NCBI GenBank assembly: GCA_036986095.1
Contig: BTQX01000001.1
Span: 1-52,459, forward strand
From: Gammaproteobacteria bacterium
GTDB taxonomy: Bacteria; Pseudomonadota; Gammaproteobacteria; BMS3Bbin11
Length of the DNA: 52,459 nucleotides
Direction: 5' to 3'
Position numbers and translations under genes: made by a program. A model generated the notes under the pieces. That model made no database searches and was not told where the DNA came from. It was given only the letters and a program-made list of their open reading frames with translations. Shown here one piece after another: positions 1 through 9,472 of this stretch (the stretch's first letter is position 1; the number at the start of each line of letters is the position of its first letter).

Positions 1-36
1 GAGATTAAATCGTTTGTGAATTTTTTAAAAAAGAAA

Positions 37-55
37 GGGGGTCTTGCCTTTTGCC
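37..55. repeat. REP-like unit GGGGGTCTTGCCTTTTGCC, inverted relative to the units at 91-153
   Basis: Its reverse complement GGCAAAAGGCAAGACC matches GGCAAAAGACAAGACC at 91-106 and 124-139 with one mismatch. Read directly from the sequence. Confidence 0.6.
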
Positions 56-90
56 TTTCATTCCTTCTAATTTCCCCGCATGGTAATCCA

Positions 91-153
91 GGCAAAAGAC
101 AAGACCTGACCCTGCACTCTGCAGGCAAAAGACAAGACCTGACCCTGCACTCT
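91..153. repeat. Tandem duplication (2 x about 30-33 bp) of GGCAAAAGACAAGACCTGACCCTGCACTCT
   Basis: There are exact 30-bp copies at 91-120 and 124-153 separated by GCA. The ORF-track ORF 16..213 simply translates this repeat (GKRQDLTLHS twice). Confidence 0.9.
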
Positions 154-157
154 GACC

Positions 158-1465
158 CTAAGGGCTCAACAGCAGTACGTAAACCGGTGAATCGATGTGG
201 CGGACCAGGATAGCCAGATCGGTCGAGCCGAAACTCGCGACGCGCAAACGGCCGAATGTATGATCACGATTCACCGGGTACGACGACAGTGCTTGTGCAT
301 CTACAATCGGGTCCAGGGTGTTGTCCTGGTCGAGTAGGTTGTGCCAGCGCCATTGTCCTGCGGACAGTTCGGCAAAAGACGATCTGCCAGGGGCTGAGAT
401 TGAGTAGATGGGCGCACCGTCGGCTGCCGAGTAATAGATGAACGCATCCAGATTCGGCGCATACTCGATCGCCGAAAATGGTTTGATCAGTGGGCGTGGG
501 CTCGTGGAGCGCAGTAATAATGCGGGCCTATCGGGTCGATTCGGATCGATTGCCACCAGTTCATTGCGTGCGTGAACGGGCATGACGATGATGTCGCGCA
601 CTGGGTCGATCTGCATGGCATTGTGATCGGCCGTGCCGGGTAATTTGTTGGGATAGTGCGTGCCCCATGAACCGAATGTACCGTCGCTGTGCTCGCCGTC
701 GGGGCGAAACATCAGAAAGGCGTTGCCGTTACCGGCGTCGCCAGAATGGCCCCATATCACCCGCCGTTTCTCATCCCAGGTGGTGCAACCGCCGGAATTT
801 AGTCGGGTGACGGGGTGCTGAGGCCCGCGTCGCCAGCGACGGGTAGACAGGTGAAGCATATGCGGGATCGCAATAGCCTTGACGTCGGGACCGAGTTCGC
901 TCTGGCCCTTGAACAGGATCAAGTCATTCTCGACCGGATCGTATTGAACATATTCATAAGTGTGCGGTGGTAACGGCGATCCGTCGGGATACTCGGCATC
1001 GGCGTATACAGCACCTGCGCCATAGGCGCCCGGTTCTCCGGTCGTATATCCATCTGTAAGTCGCGACCACTTTCGTGACTGCAGGTCGAATGCATGGACA
1101 TCGGAGCCGAAATAGTCGTTGTGGCCGCCGCCAAACACGACCATGGCGCCGCAGTCGCCAACACCGGAAGCAAAAACGGCGCCATTCCAGGCCTCCGTAA
1201 TGGCGCAAAGCCCCATCCGGCCATGCCACGCCGAATGCGGTGCACGTCCGAGGCATCGTCGCAGGTATTCCTGGAATCCGCCGGCGGGATTTAGAGTGGG
1301 ATCCCGGGCCGGGTCGTTATCCGCCAAATATTGGGTGCCGGGCGCGGTTGCCGGTAGTCCGAGATCGGGGCGATGACCGGATATGCGATACCACTGACCG
1401 ACTGACATTCTATTGATCCAGCCAGGGGGTATCCGCTGGTTTGCAGGCATTGATCGATTACCCAT
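158..1465 (-). CDS. Kelch/galactose-oxidase-like beta-propeller protein of unknown function, with anomalously high GC
   Basis: This is a 435-aa ORF with an ATG at 1465. It has Gly/Trp-rich repeats typical of Kelch-type blades (VVFGGGHNDYFGSDVHAFDL..KWSRL, VIWGHSGDAGNGNAFLMF). No signal peptide is evident. GC is about 57-62% on sampled lines, against about 37-50% in neighbouring DNA. Confidence 0.55.
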   Translation of the reverse strand: MGNRSMPANQRIPPGWINRMSVGQWYRISGHRPDLGLPATAPGTQYLADNDPARDPTLNPAGGFQEYLRRCLGRAPHSAWHGRMGLCAITEAWNGAVFASGVGDCGAMVVFGGGHNDYFGSDVHAFDLQSRKWSRLTDGYTTGEPGAYGAGAVYADAEYPDGSPLPPHTYEYVQYDPVENDLILFKGQSELGPDVKAIAIPHMLHLSTRRWRRGPQHPVTRLNSGGCTTWDEKRRVIWGHSGDAGNGNAFLMFRPDGEHSDGTFGSWGTHYPNKLPGTADHNAMQIDPVRDIIVMPVHARNELVAIDPNRPDRPALLLRSTSPRPLIKPFSAIEYAPNLDAFIYYSAADGAPIYSISAPGRSSFAELSAGQWRWHNLLDQDNTLDPIVDAQALSSYPVNRDHTFGRLRVASFGSTDLAILVRHIDSPVYVLLLSP

Positions 1466-1773
1466 ATTGGGGGCACTTCTTTGTCACGGTTGCTGCGATC
1501 TAATGAGTAGCATGATACTCGGCAAAACCTGCCGGGAGTGGCCTGGAGTCCCCGGTCCGTGAGCTGGCCGGACCGTCAATCGCTGCCTCAAAGGTGGGAT
1601 TTGGGATATGCATTCAGATTGGCGCCCTTTAGCGTGAAAGTGACTTTGTATGGTGTTAATTTGTATCTAAAATTGACCCACGTGTAGCCCCTTCGTGGAC
1701 CCTGTCGAGACAAAACAGACAAAAAATAAAATCATAGAATACATTAAATTTCTCCAAAGTGAGAGCGGAGAGC

Positions 1774-1795
1774 GGGGTCAGGTCTTGCCTTTTGC
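1774..1795. repeat. REP-like unit GGGGTCAGGTCTTGCCTTTTGC, an inverted partner of the units at 91-153
   Basis: Its reverse complement GCAAAAGGCAAGACCTGACCCC matches GCAAAAGACAAGACCTGACCCT (92-113) at 20 of 22 positions. Confidence 0.75.
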
Positions 1796-1918
1796 TTATT
1801 AAGTTACTAGTAAAATATATCTTTTCAGGTCCCAGTTTTTGTATTTGTGGTCCTGGTTTACGATGTCCGTTAAATTCAGTACGCTTAAGTCTGTCTCCCT
1901 TTTTTTCGGTGAATAACT

Positions 1919-2263
1919 ATGCGAATTTCAGAATACGAATTTGGCAAGATAGCCATAGAAAATAAAACCTACACCTCCGACGTGATCATATCACCGGAGC
2001 AGGTCCTCGATTCATGGCGGCGCAAGCGAGGGCATAACCTGGCTATAGCGGACCTCGATGATATTTTGAAGGCAAAACCGGACATGCTAATTATTGGCAC
2101 TGGTTATTATGGCCGCATGCAGGTAGCGGATGAAACCAGACAATACCTGGAAGAGCAGGGCATAAAAGTCTGGCAGGCGAAGACCGGCGATGCTGTTGCT
2201 GAATTTAATGCCTTGCAGAAAGAATGGGCGAGAATTGTTGCCGCGCTTCATTTGACGTGTTGA
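1919..2263 (+). CDS. Mth938-like (DUF498 family) small protein
   Basis: The 114-aa product has the family-typical layout FGKIAIENKTYTSDVIISPE..W..KRGHNL....D....KPDMLIIGTGYYGRMQV......L...GI......T..A...FN and a C-terminal AALHLTC. Confidence 0.6.
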   Translation: MRISEYEFGKIAIENKTYTSDVIISPEQVLDSWRRKRGHNLAIADLDDILKAKPDMLIIGTGYYGRMQVADETRQYLEEQGIKVWQAKTGDAVAEFNALQKEWARIVAALHLTC

Positions 2264-2386
2264 ATAATGAGGAACAATCGGGGGCAGACCAAGTTAACCG
2301 GAGACAGACCACGATTTACGATGTAGAAATAGAGCTGAAGGCCGGGAAAATAATGTGAAATAATCGTGTCTGTCCACGATTTACGT

Positions 2387-3397
2387 TTAGTTATTCACCA
2401 TAGAGGTCGTCCTTTTTATTATATCAAGCCTGGGGAGAACGTTCCTCTCCACTGCTTGCCGTATTTCAGCAGTGATAGCTTTTTGTTTATTTTCGAAATC
2501 AGGCAAAAATTCATTTTTTCTTCCATAGGATTTTATGTCTGTCTGGGTTGTTTTCATAACTCGATCGAACTCTGACCCTTCTATACACACATCAAAAAAG
2601 GGAGCAATTTTATCTGGCATTGCATCGGGTAATGACCTGTAGTCCATTAATAGCAGAGACTGTGGTGCATTCAGTATAGACTGACAAATTTCACCAAGTA
2701 CCCGCGAGTAAAGCTCAGTGTTTGAAATATCATCAGAATAATTTACAGACAACAGCATTTTTGAAAACATATCCTTAGATACATTACTATGAATATTTTT
2801 TTTATTATGGGCTAATACCGTATTTATCAGATCTCTGCTCAACCAGGCTGGTGGTTTTCTAAGCATAGATATCATAATTTCGAATGGGTCACGATATAGA
2901 AATATACAAGGCGTAGTAGGGAATGCCATTTGAAATATCTTTACTGCCATTGCATTCCAGCTCGAAAACTTGAAAATAAGCCTTTCACCATCTTTACAAA
3001 GGGATTGCTGATACATACCAATCAGGTTTTGCAACGCTACAACATGGCTACCGTCATCTCCTCGTAATATTTGGAAAAGTTGGCCGATAACCATTGGTTC
3101 TGCAACAACTTTTACCATGGGCAAAGTTCGAAACATTTCTGAAAGTAAGGTCGACCCGCAACGGGACAAATGAAAAATAAATCCAGCTGGCATTGTACTT
3201 TGGTGCGAGAATTTATTTTCTTGCAAAAGAATATCTAGTGGGAGGCGTGCCTTTTGATTACTTCTTTCAAGATCAAACCTTATAAATGCCCCCCTCAGCT
3301 TCTTATCCTGAATATGTGCAAGCTCCAGATAAGGACTACCACTATCCTCCTGACCCATCCGGTCAGGAATCCATCCATCCTTGATTTTAAGTGTCAT
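2387..3397 (-). CDS. Sulfotransferase-family protein (putative)
   Basis: The 336-aa product has a PAPS 5'-phosphosulfate loop-like motif (FHLSRCGSTLLSEMF) and a 3'-phosphate motif-like sequence (FLYRDPFEIMISMLR). The gene is AT-rich, about 37% GC. Confidence 0.5.
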   Translation of the reverse strand: MTLKIKDGWIPDRMGQEDSGSPYLELAHIQDKKLRGAFIRFDLERSNQKARLPLDILLQENKFSHQSTMPAGFIFHLSRCGSTLLSEMFRTLPMVKVVAEPMVIGQLFQILRGDDGSHVVALQNLIGMYQQSLCKDGERLIFKFSSWNAMAVKIFQMAFPTTPCIFLYRDPFEIMISMLRKPPAWLSRDLINTVLAHNKKNIHSNVSKDMFSKMLLSVNYSDDISNTELYSRVLGEICQSILNAPQSLLLMDYRSLPDAMPDKIAPFFDVCIEGSEFDRVMKTTQTDIKSYGRKNEFLPDFENKQKAITAEIRQAVERNVLPRLDIIKRTTSMVNN

Positions 3398-3733
3398 GTA
3401 TTCAAGGAAAAAATTCTAGAAAGGGAAATAAACTTTATTTGCAGGCATATATGTGAATTTATAACACACGTCCAGACAATCTAACAGAGCCATCAAAAAC
3501 AACAAACTGAATATTCAACATAGTATTCTTATCTCTATTTATATATTGAGGCATGAGTAAACATAATGGTAAATGTAAGTCCCCAGATAGACTCACACGA
3601 ATAAAAATTATTATTGAGAATAATAATGATTTAGCGTAGCATTCCGGCCAGACTGACTATTTTTTATTATTCAGTTACCAGTAAATAAGAGCAAATCCAA
3701 CAAGTTTCACTTGAAAAAACAAAGGTATATACC

Positions 3734-4327
3734 ATGAGTAAAGATAAAACAAACGATATCGACCATCTGAATGAGAATGGATCACCCGAAGGCAAACCTG
3801 TCGAAGGGCGCCGGAAACTAGTTAAGAAACTCGCAACAGGCGGCGCAATAGCAGCCGCGGTACCTGTCATACCTAAGCAATGGGCAAAACCAGTAACCGA
3901 TTCTGTACTGCTGCCCGCTCACGCACAGACATCTACAGCACCAGCACTTTCACTATCAGCTGTGATTGAGATAGACAATGTCGATGGTGCGGGTAACGTG
4001 ATTACTACTGGCCCTGGTGTTTTTATCTCTTCTCCTGGTGTTACTAATTTTCCGAATGAAGACATCGACACCATTGAATTGGATGCCATCGCGACTATTT
4101 CTCCTGCGCAGGCAGCAAATGTCACGATGAATGTAGCCGCTCCCTTTGATTTCACCGGCGGGGGCATCAATCAGGTTGTTGCAACGAACCCTGTCACTGG
4201 GCAAGCAGTTTTTTCCAATATCACAAACCAAAATGACCATGACTTTGATTTGCCATCAACAGTCGTTGTCACTTTCGATGCACCTGGCTTCACGCAGCAA
4301 TCGTTCACTTTCAATATTTCTGCTTGA
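3734..4327 (+). CDS. Secreted protein with a Tat-like signal peptide, function unknown
   Basis: The 197-aa product has a twin-arginine region (GRRKLVKKLATGGAIAAAV) followed by an AHA-QT cleavage-like site. The mature part is Thr/Asn/Asp/Val-rich and contains no Cys and one His. Confidence 0.5.
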   Translation: MSKDKTNDIDHLNENGSPEGKPVEGRRKLVKKLATGGAIAAAVPVIPKQWAKPVTDSVLLPAHAQTSTAPALSLSAVIEIDNVDGAGNVITTGPGVFISSPGVTNFPNEDIDTIELDAIATISPAQAANVTMNVAAPFDFTGGGINQVVATNPVTGQAVFSNITNQNDHDFDLPSTVVVTFDAPGFTQQSFTFNISA

Positions 4328-4396
4328 TCGTGATAAACCGCTCCCGTCAGGGAGCGTAAAACTTCAGGTGTTGTCTGTAATGTTCCGAGGACAGGT

Positions 4397-5614
4397 ATGA
4401 GTATTTTTGGGTTAGCTGGATTACTTAGCCCACTTGATACGGATAAGTTTCTAACCCAGTTCTGGGGGAAGAAAGCTGTACTCATACCTGGCAATTCCGA
4501 GAAATTTTCCAGTATTTTCAACTGGCGCGAAGTGGAAGATGCGCTCAACCTCAGTCGTCAGAACTATAATGGTTTACGCCTGGTGCACGACAAGCAGGGG
4601 CTGCCTCCAACTGCGTTTACTGACCTTCCGGGCTGGCTTAACAAGGGCGCTACGCTAGTCCTCAATAGCGTACAGGAAACAGACCCAGTCCTCGAAAAGC
4701 TTCAGTCGACTCTTTCTCTGGACATGAACACTGCGATTAATATCAATGCCTATGTGTCATACCCGGCTAAACAGGGTTTTGACACGCATTTCGACCGTCA
4801 TGATGTCTTCATTCTACAGACTGAAGGTATAAAAAAATGGCGGGTGTTTAATACAACTGCACCCAATACCTTTCCATTACACCTACAAAGTACTGGCTGC
4901 GATACAGCACCAGCAGACATGGAACCCTATCTGGAGTGTGAAATGTCTGAGGGGGATGTGTTGTATATTCCTCGTGGCCACTGGCATGACGCTATTTCGG
5001 TTACACCATGCGTTCATCTGACAGTGGGACCTAAAACCCGCGCACCCGCTGATTTTCTCACCTGGTTGTTGCCACAAATGGTGAATCAGGATGAGTTTCT
5101 GCGTCAGGACTTTCCCACTACCCAGGCCCGCGAATTGGGGGGCAACCGCGATGAGCCATCATTAACAGACCATATTCAAGAATTCAAACGTCACCTATCT
5201 GACCTGTTTAGTCGCGATTCATTGGACGAAGCTATCATACGTTACTTTATGATATCTAATCCCCGTCGACAGACATTTCAATACCCCGAGATCTGGACAC
5301 TCAATGATATACTGACACGCAACACAAGACTGGAATTTCCTGCAGACCAAAAAGCGATTATCCGCTACGACCCTGAAACTCAGAAAGCCCAGATTTACAT
5401 ACGCGGTCTTGATTTTATATTAAACGGTATATCTGCCGATATGCTGAGCTTCATATTCGAAAACCCCGGTCAGATCTTCACAGCTACAGAGCTAATGAAA
5501 CAACAAACCGATGTAACCTGGGAAAAAACGAAGGAATACCTCCTCCTGCTACTCCAGCGTGGAGTGATCATGGTTCACCGTAACAAAGCCGCAGCGGCTG
5601 CTGCAGTATCCTAG
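4397..5614 (+). CDS. JmjC / cupin-4 family Fe(II)/2-oxoglutarate oxygenase (RoxA/YcfD-like)
   Basis: The 405-aa product has an HxD iron-binding motif in GFDTHFDRHDVFILQTEGIKKWRV and a second His in GDVLYIPRGHWHDA. The length and order match ribosomal-oxygenase-like cupin-4 proteins. Confidence 0.65.
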   Translation: MSIFGLAGLLSPLDTDKFLTQFWGKKAVLIPGNSEKFSSIFNWREVEDALNLSRQNYNGLRLVHDKQGLPPTAFTDLPGWLNKGATLVLNSVQETDPVLEKLQSTLSLDMNTAININAYVSYPAKQGFDTHFDRHDVFILQTEGIKKWRVFNTTAPNTFPLHLQSTGCDTAPADMEPYLECEMSEGDVLYIPRGHWHDAISVTPCVHLTVGPKTRAPADFLTWLLPQMVNQDEFLRQDFPTTQARELGGNRDEPSLTDHIQEFKRHLSDLFSRDSLDEAIIRYFMISNPRRQTFQYPEIWTLNDILTRNTRLEFPADQKAIIRYDPETQKAQIYIRGLDFILNGISADMLSFIFENPGQIFTATELMKQQTDVTWEKTKEYLLLLLQRGVIMVHRNKAAAAAAVS

Positions 5615-5698
5615 ATTTTAATCGATTCGCAGGGTACGCAGGGTAAGGGGTCTACCATTGAAAAAATCTACACCTCCGAGATCCCCGGGCGGGATCCC

Positions 5699-5817
5699 CG
5701 GGGTCGGACCATCACAGGCTGTTGATATTCAAGGGTGCCCTTAATACTATTTCGATGTAAAACAGTCAATATTTTGGCTTAGAAGGCCATTTTTGGTACC
5801 AAAATGGGCAGTGTAAG
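5699..5817 (+). repeat. Copy 1 of a dispersed repeat derived from an IS30-family 3' end (GGGGTCGGACCATCACAGGCTGTTGATATT...GGTACCAAAATGGGC.GTGTAAG)
   Basis: It aligns by eye with the copies at 7702, 12512 and 16703. It carries a 12-bp palindromic insert (CAAGGGTGCCCT) that the other copies lack. It contains the palindrome CCATTTTTGGTACCAAAATGG. Confidence 0.85.
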
Positions 5818-6065
5818 ATTATGTCAGATACCACGGCAAGCCTGTCGATGATGCGGTAGCGCTTTGGTGGCGACTGGATCTCGTGGTAATCCCTGTGTTT
5901 CCACTCGCCGTGATTTAGTAATTCCTGATGTATCTCACCATTTTTACTGGCAAAACGACTTGCACTGTTTCCACAGACGGCGTAGATTTAGTCGTTCATT
6001 TCAACGAAGTTTCGTTGCAGAAATATCATTCCAAACCAAAAACAGCCTATTATGTCGGGGGTGGC

Positions 6066-7673
6066 ATGAGGGAACACGGCGGGGAAAAATATAGCGATTA
6101 CGGCCTGGAAAACCATGGGCTGCATGGGCTCAATGATATTTACTGGAATCTGCCTACACCAGAACTTTACGAGCAGGCAATCAACCGCCGGGAGGGTGTA
6201 CTAGCTCATCTTGGCCCCCTGGTAGTACGTACGGGTCACCACACAGGACGTTCTGCTAACGACAAATTTGTAGTCGAAGACCAAAACACGATCGACAAAA
6301 TCAACTGGGGCCCTTTAAACCAGCCGATCACCCCTGAAAAATTTGCCGGGCTGCACGAACGCATGGCTACCTACCTGCAAATGAAAGATGTTTATGTGCA
6401 GGATTGTTTCGCTGGTGCAGATCCAAAATACTGTATGCCAGTTCGGATAATCACTGAATATGCATGGCATAGCCTGTTCGCACGCAATATGTTTATTCAG
6501 GGTGAACTGGAACAACTCGGCAGTCATGTGCCGGAATTTACTGTGATCGACCTCCCCCGTTTCCACGCAGACCCGAACATAGATGGCACTAATTCCGAAA
6601 CCTACATCATCATAAACTTTACCAAAAAGTTGGTACTCATTGGTGGCACCAGCTACGCTGGAGAAATCAAGAAATCCATTTTCTCGGTCATGAACTATCT
6701 ATTGCCTGACAAGGATGTACTGCCCATGCACTGCTCCGCCAACATCGGTGCCAACGGAGAAACCGCAATATTTTTTGGGCTCAGCGGTACCGGCAAGACC
6801 ACCTTATCAGCCGACGCGTCCCGCACCTTGATTGGTGATGATGAACATGGCTGGAGTGAAGATGGCATATTTAATTTCGAAGGTGGCTGTTATGCCAAGA
6901 TGATCGATTTGTCTCCAGAGGCCGAACCGGAGATCTACGAAACCACCAGACTCTTTGGCACGGTTCTGGAAAATGTCTCGCTCGACTCCGAGGCGCGTCG
7001 GCTGGATCTGACGGATGACTCATTAACAGAAAACACCCGTGGGGCTTACCCTATCTCACATATTCCCAATGCATCGCGCGATGGAAAGGGTGGACAACCC
7101 AGGAATGTACTGTTTCTCACGGCCGATGCCTTCGGGGTGTTGCCCCCTATATCGAAGCTGACCCCCGAACAGGCAAGTCAACACTTTCTCCTTGGTTACA
7201 CGGCCAAGCTCGCGGGTACCGAGAAAGGCATCACTGAGCCTATACCCAATTTTAGTGCCTGCTATGGCGCTCCGTTTATGCCTTTAGATCCAAGGCGCTA
7301 TTCAGAACTGCTCAATCAGAAAATCAAGAAATATGGTGTCAATGTCTGGCTGATCAACACTGGCTGGAGTGGCGGCGCTTATGGCGTCGGAGAGCGCATC
7401 AGCATCGCCCATACCCGGGCCATGGTCAACGCCGTGCTTGATAACCAACTGGACGATGTACCAACGAAGACTCATCCCATATTTGGATTACACATACCCA
7501 CCTCATGTCCGGGTGTGCCCGATGAAGTACTGGATCCCCGTAATACATGGTCAGATAAAAATGCGTATGATGAGCAAGCCAGGATGCTGGCCGCCGAATT
7601 CAGGAAAAACTTCAGGAAATATGACGAAGATACAGAGGCTAATCAGCATCAAAATAAAAAGGGTCAAGCCTAG
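6066..7673 (+). CDS. pckA: Phosphoenolpyruvate carboxykinase (ATP)
   Basis: It has the kinase-1a motif GLSGTGKTTLS plus HTGRSANDKFVV and IGDDEHGW..GIFNFEGGCYAK. I trimmed the start from the ORF-track 5928 to the ATG at 6066 (MREHGGEKYSDYGLE...), which gives a family-typical length of 535 aa and a purine-rich upstream stretch (GGGGGTGG). Confidence 0.93.
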   Translation: MREHGGEKYSDYGLENHGLHGLNDIYWNLPTPELYEQAINRREGVLAHLGPLVVRTGHHTGRSANDKFVVEDQNTIDKINWGPLNQPITPEKFAGLHERMATYLQMKDVYVQDCFAGADPKYCMPVRIITEYAWHSLFARNMFIQGELEQLGSHVPEFTVIDLPRFHADPNIDGTNSETYIIINFTKKLVLIGGTSYAGEIKKSIFSVMNYLLPDKDVLPMHCSANIGANGETAIFFGLSGTGKTTLSADASRTLIGDDEHGWSEDGIFNFEGGCYAKMIDLSPEAEPEIYETTRLFGTVLENVSLDSEARRLDLTDDSLTENTRGAYPISHIPNASRDGKGGQPRNVLFLTADAFGVLPPISKLTPEQASQHFLLGYTAKLAGTEKGITEPIPNFSACYGAPFMPLDPRRYSELLNQKIKKYGVNVWLINTGWSGGAYGVGERISIAHTRAMVNAVLDNQLDDVPTKTHPIFGLHIPTSCPGVPDEVLDPRNTWSDKNAYDEQARMLAAEFRKNFRKYDEDTEANQHQNKKGQA

Positions 7674-7701
7674 TTTACAATGTAAACCTCTGTAAACCTA
7701 T

Positions 7702-7808
7702 GGGGTCGGACCATCACTGGCTGTTGATATTTAATACTATTTAGACGTAAAACAATCAATATATTGGCTTAGAAGGCCATTTTTGGTATCAAAATGGGCG
7801 GTGTAAGC
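7702..7808 (+). repeat. Copy 2 of the dispersed repeat, continuous with the IS30-family transposase remnant
   Basis: It has the same head (GGGGTCGGACCATCAC) and tail (AAAATGGGCGGTGTAAGC) as the other copies. The remnant's stop codon lies inside it, at 7789-7791 on the minus strand. Confidence 0.85.
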
Positions 7809-8048
7809 AAACATATCCGCTCCTGGCGAATTCAGCTTCCAGGTGTACCATTAAGGCTCCAGAAAAGACTTCATGAGGCGTCAGATAATTGAGGCATTTT
7901 CCAGGTCGATTATTTAATTTTCTAACTACCAGCGCAAGCTGTCTATCACTAACAAATCTCAAGGCACTCCCTTTCAGTTAAGTATTGCCTGAGTAACCAT
8001 TTGTATTTTCGTTGGTACCCCTTTACCAGGGCGAATAGTGTTATGCTG
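7789..8048 (-). pseudogene. IS30-family transposase, C-terminal remnant with an in-frame stop and a frameshift
   Basis: My hand translation of the minus strand reads HYSPW*RGTNENTNG, then a frameshift (LLRQYL in another frame), then KGSALRFVSDRQLALVVRKLNNRPGKCLNYLTPHEVFSGALMVHLEAEFARSGYVCLHRPF*. This matches the conserved IS30 tail (PYSPWQRG.NEN.NGLLRQY.PKG.....S...L......LN.RPRK.L...TP.EVF). No N-terminal part is present. Confidence 0.8.
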
Positions 8049-8074
8049 GTCACTCAACAACGAGTTGCGCGTCT

Positions 8075-9472
8075 ATGTTTATGAAGGCAAAAATCTCTGT
8101 TGTGCTCCTGTTGCTGATGGTGACAGGAATCCTGCTGAACATGGTATCAGCCACTGGTACCGGCGGGCATGTTTTGTTGCTGACCATAGAAGGTGCAATT
8201 GGCCCCGCCACCGATGACTATATCAAACGTGCTCTGCAGACCGCTGCCCGCGACGGTGCAAAACTGGTTGTAATTCGTATGGACACACCGGGCGGGCTGG
8301 ATACGTCGATGCGCGGCATTATCAAGAATATCACTGGCTCAGCTGTGCCAGTGGCCAGCTGGGTAGCACCGACCGGATCGCGTGCTGCCAGTGCCGGCAC
8401 CTATATCCTCTATGCCAGTCATATTTCCGCGATGGCACCGGGCACCAACCTGGGTGCGGCTACACCGGTTTCCATTGGTGGGGTGCCATCCCCTGAAAAA
8501 GGTAAACCGGGCAAGCCGGACGAGGCAGGAAAAGAAGCCCCGGCGGAACAAATGGACGCCTCCAAACGCAAGTCGATCAATGATGCAGCGGCCTATATTC
8601 GTGGCCTGGCAGAGATGCGCGGACGCAATCAGGACTGGGCCGAAAAGGCGGTACGTGAAGCGGTCAGCCTGCAGGCCAGCGAGGCACTCAAGCTGAATGT
8701 CATTGATCTTATCGCAGCCGATATGGCTGAGCTGCTGCAAAAGATCAATGGCCGGGAAGTCAGTGTGCTGGATAAAAAGGTGACACTCGAGACAGAAGGA
8801 CTGCTGGTACGCGAGCTCGTACCCGACTGGCGCAACCGTCTGCTCAGCGTTATTACCAATCCCAATATTGCCTACATCCTGATGCTGGTCGGCATCTATG
8901 GTCTGATCCTTGAGTTTACTAACCCCGGTGCCATCGTACCGGGTACCATTGGCGCGATTTCCCTGCTGCTGGCCCTTTATGCCCTGCAGCTGCTACCGAT
9001 CAACTATGCCGGTGTCGCCCTTATCCTGCTTGGAATTGCACTAATGGTAGGCGAGGCCTACCAGCCCAGTTTTGGCATACTGGGTATCGGCGGTGTGGTG
9101 GCATTTGTTATCGGATCAGTTATCCTCATGGATACCGAGGCACCCGGGTTCGGCATCGATATATCTGTCATCCTGACCTTTGCTGTCAGTAGCGCACTGG
9201 TGCTCATCCTGCTGGTCGGCATGGCAATCAAGTCACGGCGAAGACCAGTGGTCAGTGGCACCGAGCAGCTGATCGGTTCCAATGGGGTTGCCCTGGATGA
9301 TTTCGACAATGCTGGCATGGTGTTCGTCCACAGCGAATCCTGGCAGGCCAGGACGGCTGCACCGGTACACAAGGATCAACGTATACGGGTGACCGGAATT
9401 GAAGGCCTGACGCTGGATGTTGAGCCGGTGCCAGAGGGTGAGCAGATAAATACTGAGGAGAAAAAATCATGA
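8075..9472 (+). CDS. nfeD: NfeD-family membrane-bound ClpP-class serine protease
   Basis: The 465-aa product has a signal/TM segment, a ClpP-like domain ([28 protein letters not shown]), four or five TM helices and a C-terminal OB-like NfeD domain. It overlaps the downstream SPFH gene by 4 bp. Confidence 0.85.
   Translation: MFMKAKISVVLLLLMVTGILLNMVSATGTGGHVLLLTIEGAIGPATDDYIKRALQTAARDGAKLVVIRMDTPGGLDTSMRGIIKNITGSAVPVASWVAPTGSRAASAGTYILYASHISAMAPGTNLGAATPVSIGGVPSPEKGKPGKPDEAGKEAPAEQMDASKRKSINDAAAYIRGLAEMRGRNQDWAEKAVREAVSLQASEALKLNVIDLIAADMAELLQKINGREVSVLDKKVTLETEGLLVRELVPDWRNRLLSVITNPNIAYILMLVGIYGLILEFTNPGAIVPGTIGAISLLLALYALQLLPINYAGVALILLGIALMVGEAYQPSFGILGIGGVVAFVIGSVILMDTEAPGFGIDISVILTFAVSSALVLILLVGMAIKSRRRPVVSGTEQLIGSNGVALDDFDNAGMVFVHSESWQARTAAPVHKDQRIRVTGIEGLTLDVEPVPEGEQINTEEKKS

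Noticed and set aside
16-213. A 65-aa ORF at the left edge.
   Set aside because: It only translates the tandem DNA repeat (GKRQDLTLHS twice) and overlaps the 3' end of the Kelch-like gene on the other strand. It is not credible as a gene.
5928-6065. A 46-codon N-terminal extension of pckA in the ORF track.
   Set aside because: The extension (MYLTIFTGKTTCTVS...) has no PckA counterpart and lies in degenerate IS-derived DNA. The ATG at 6066 gives the normal family length.
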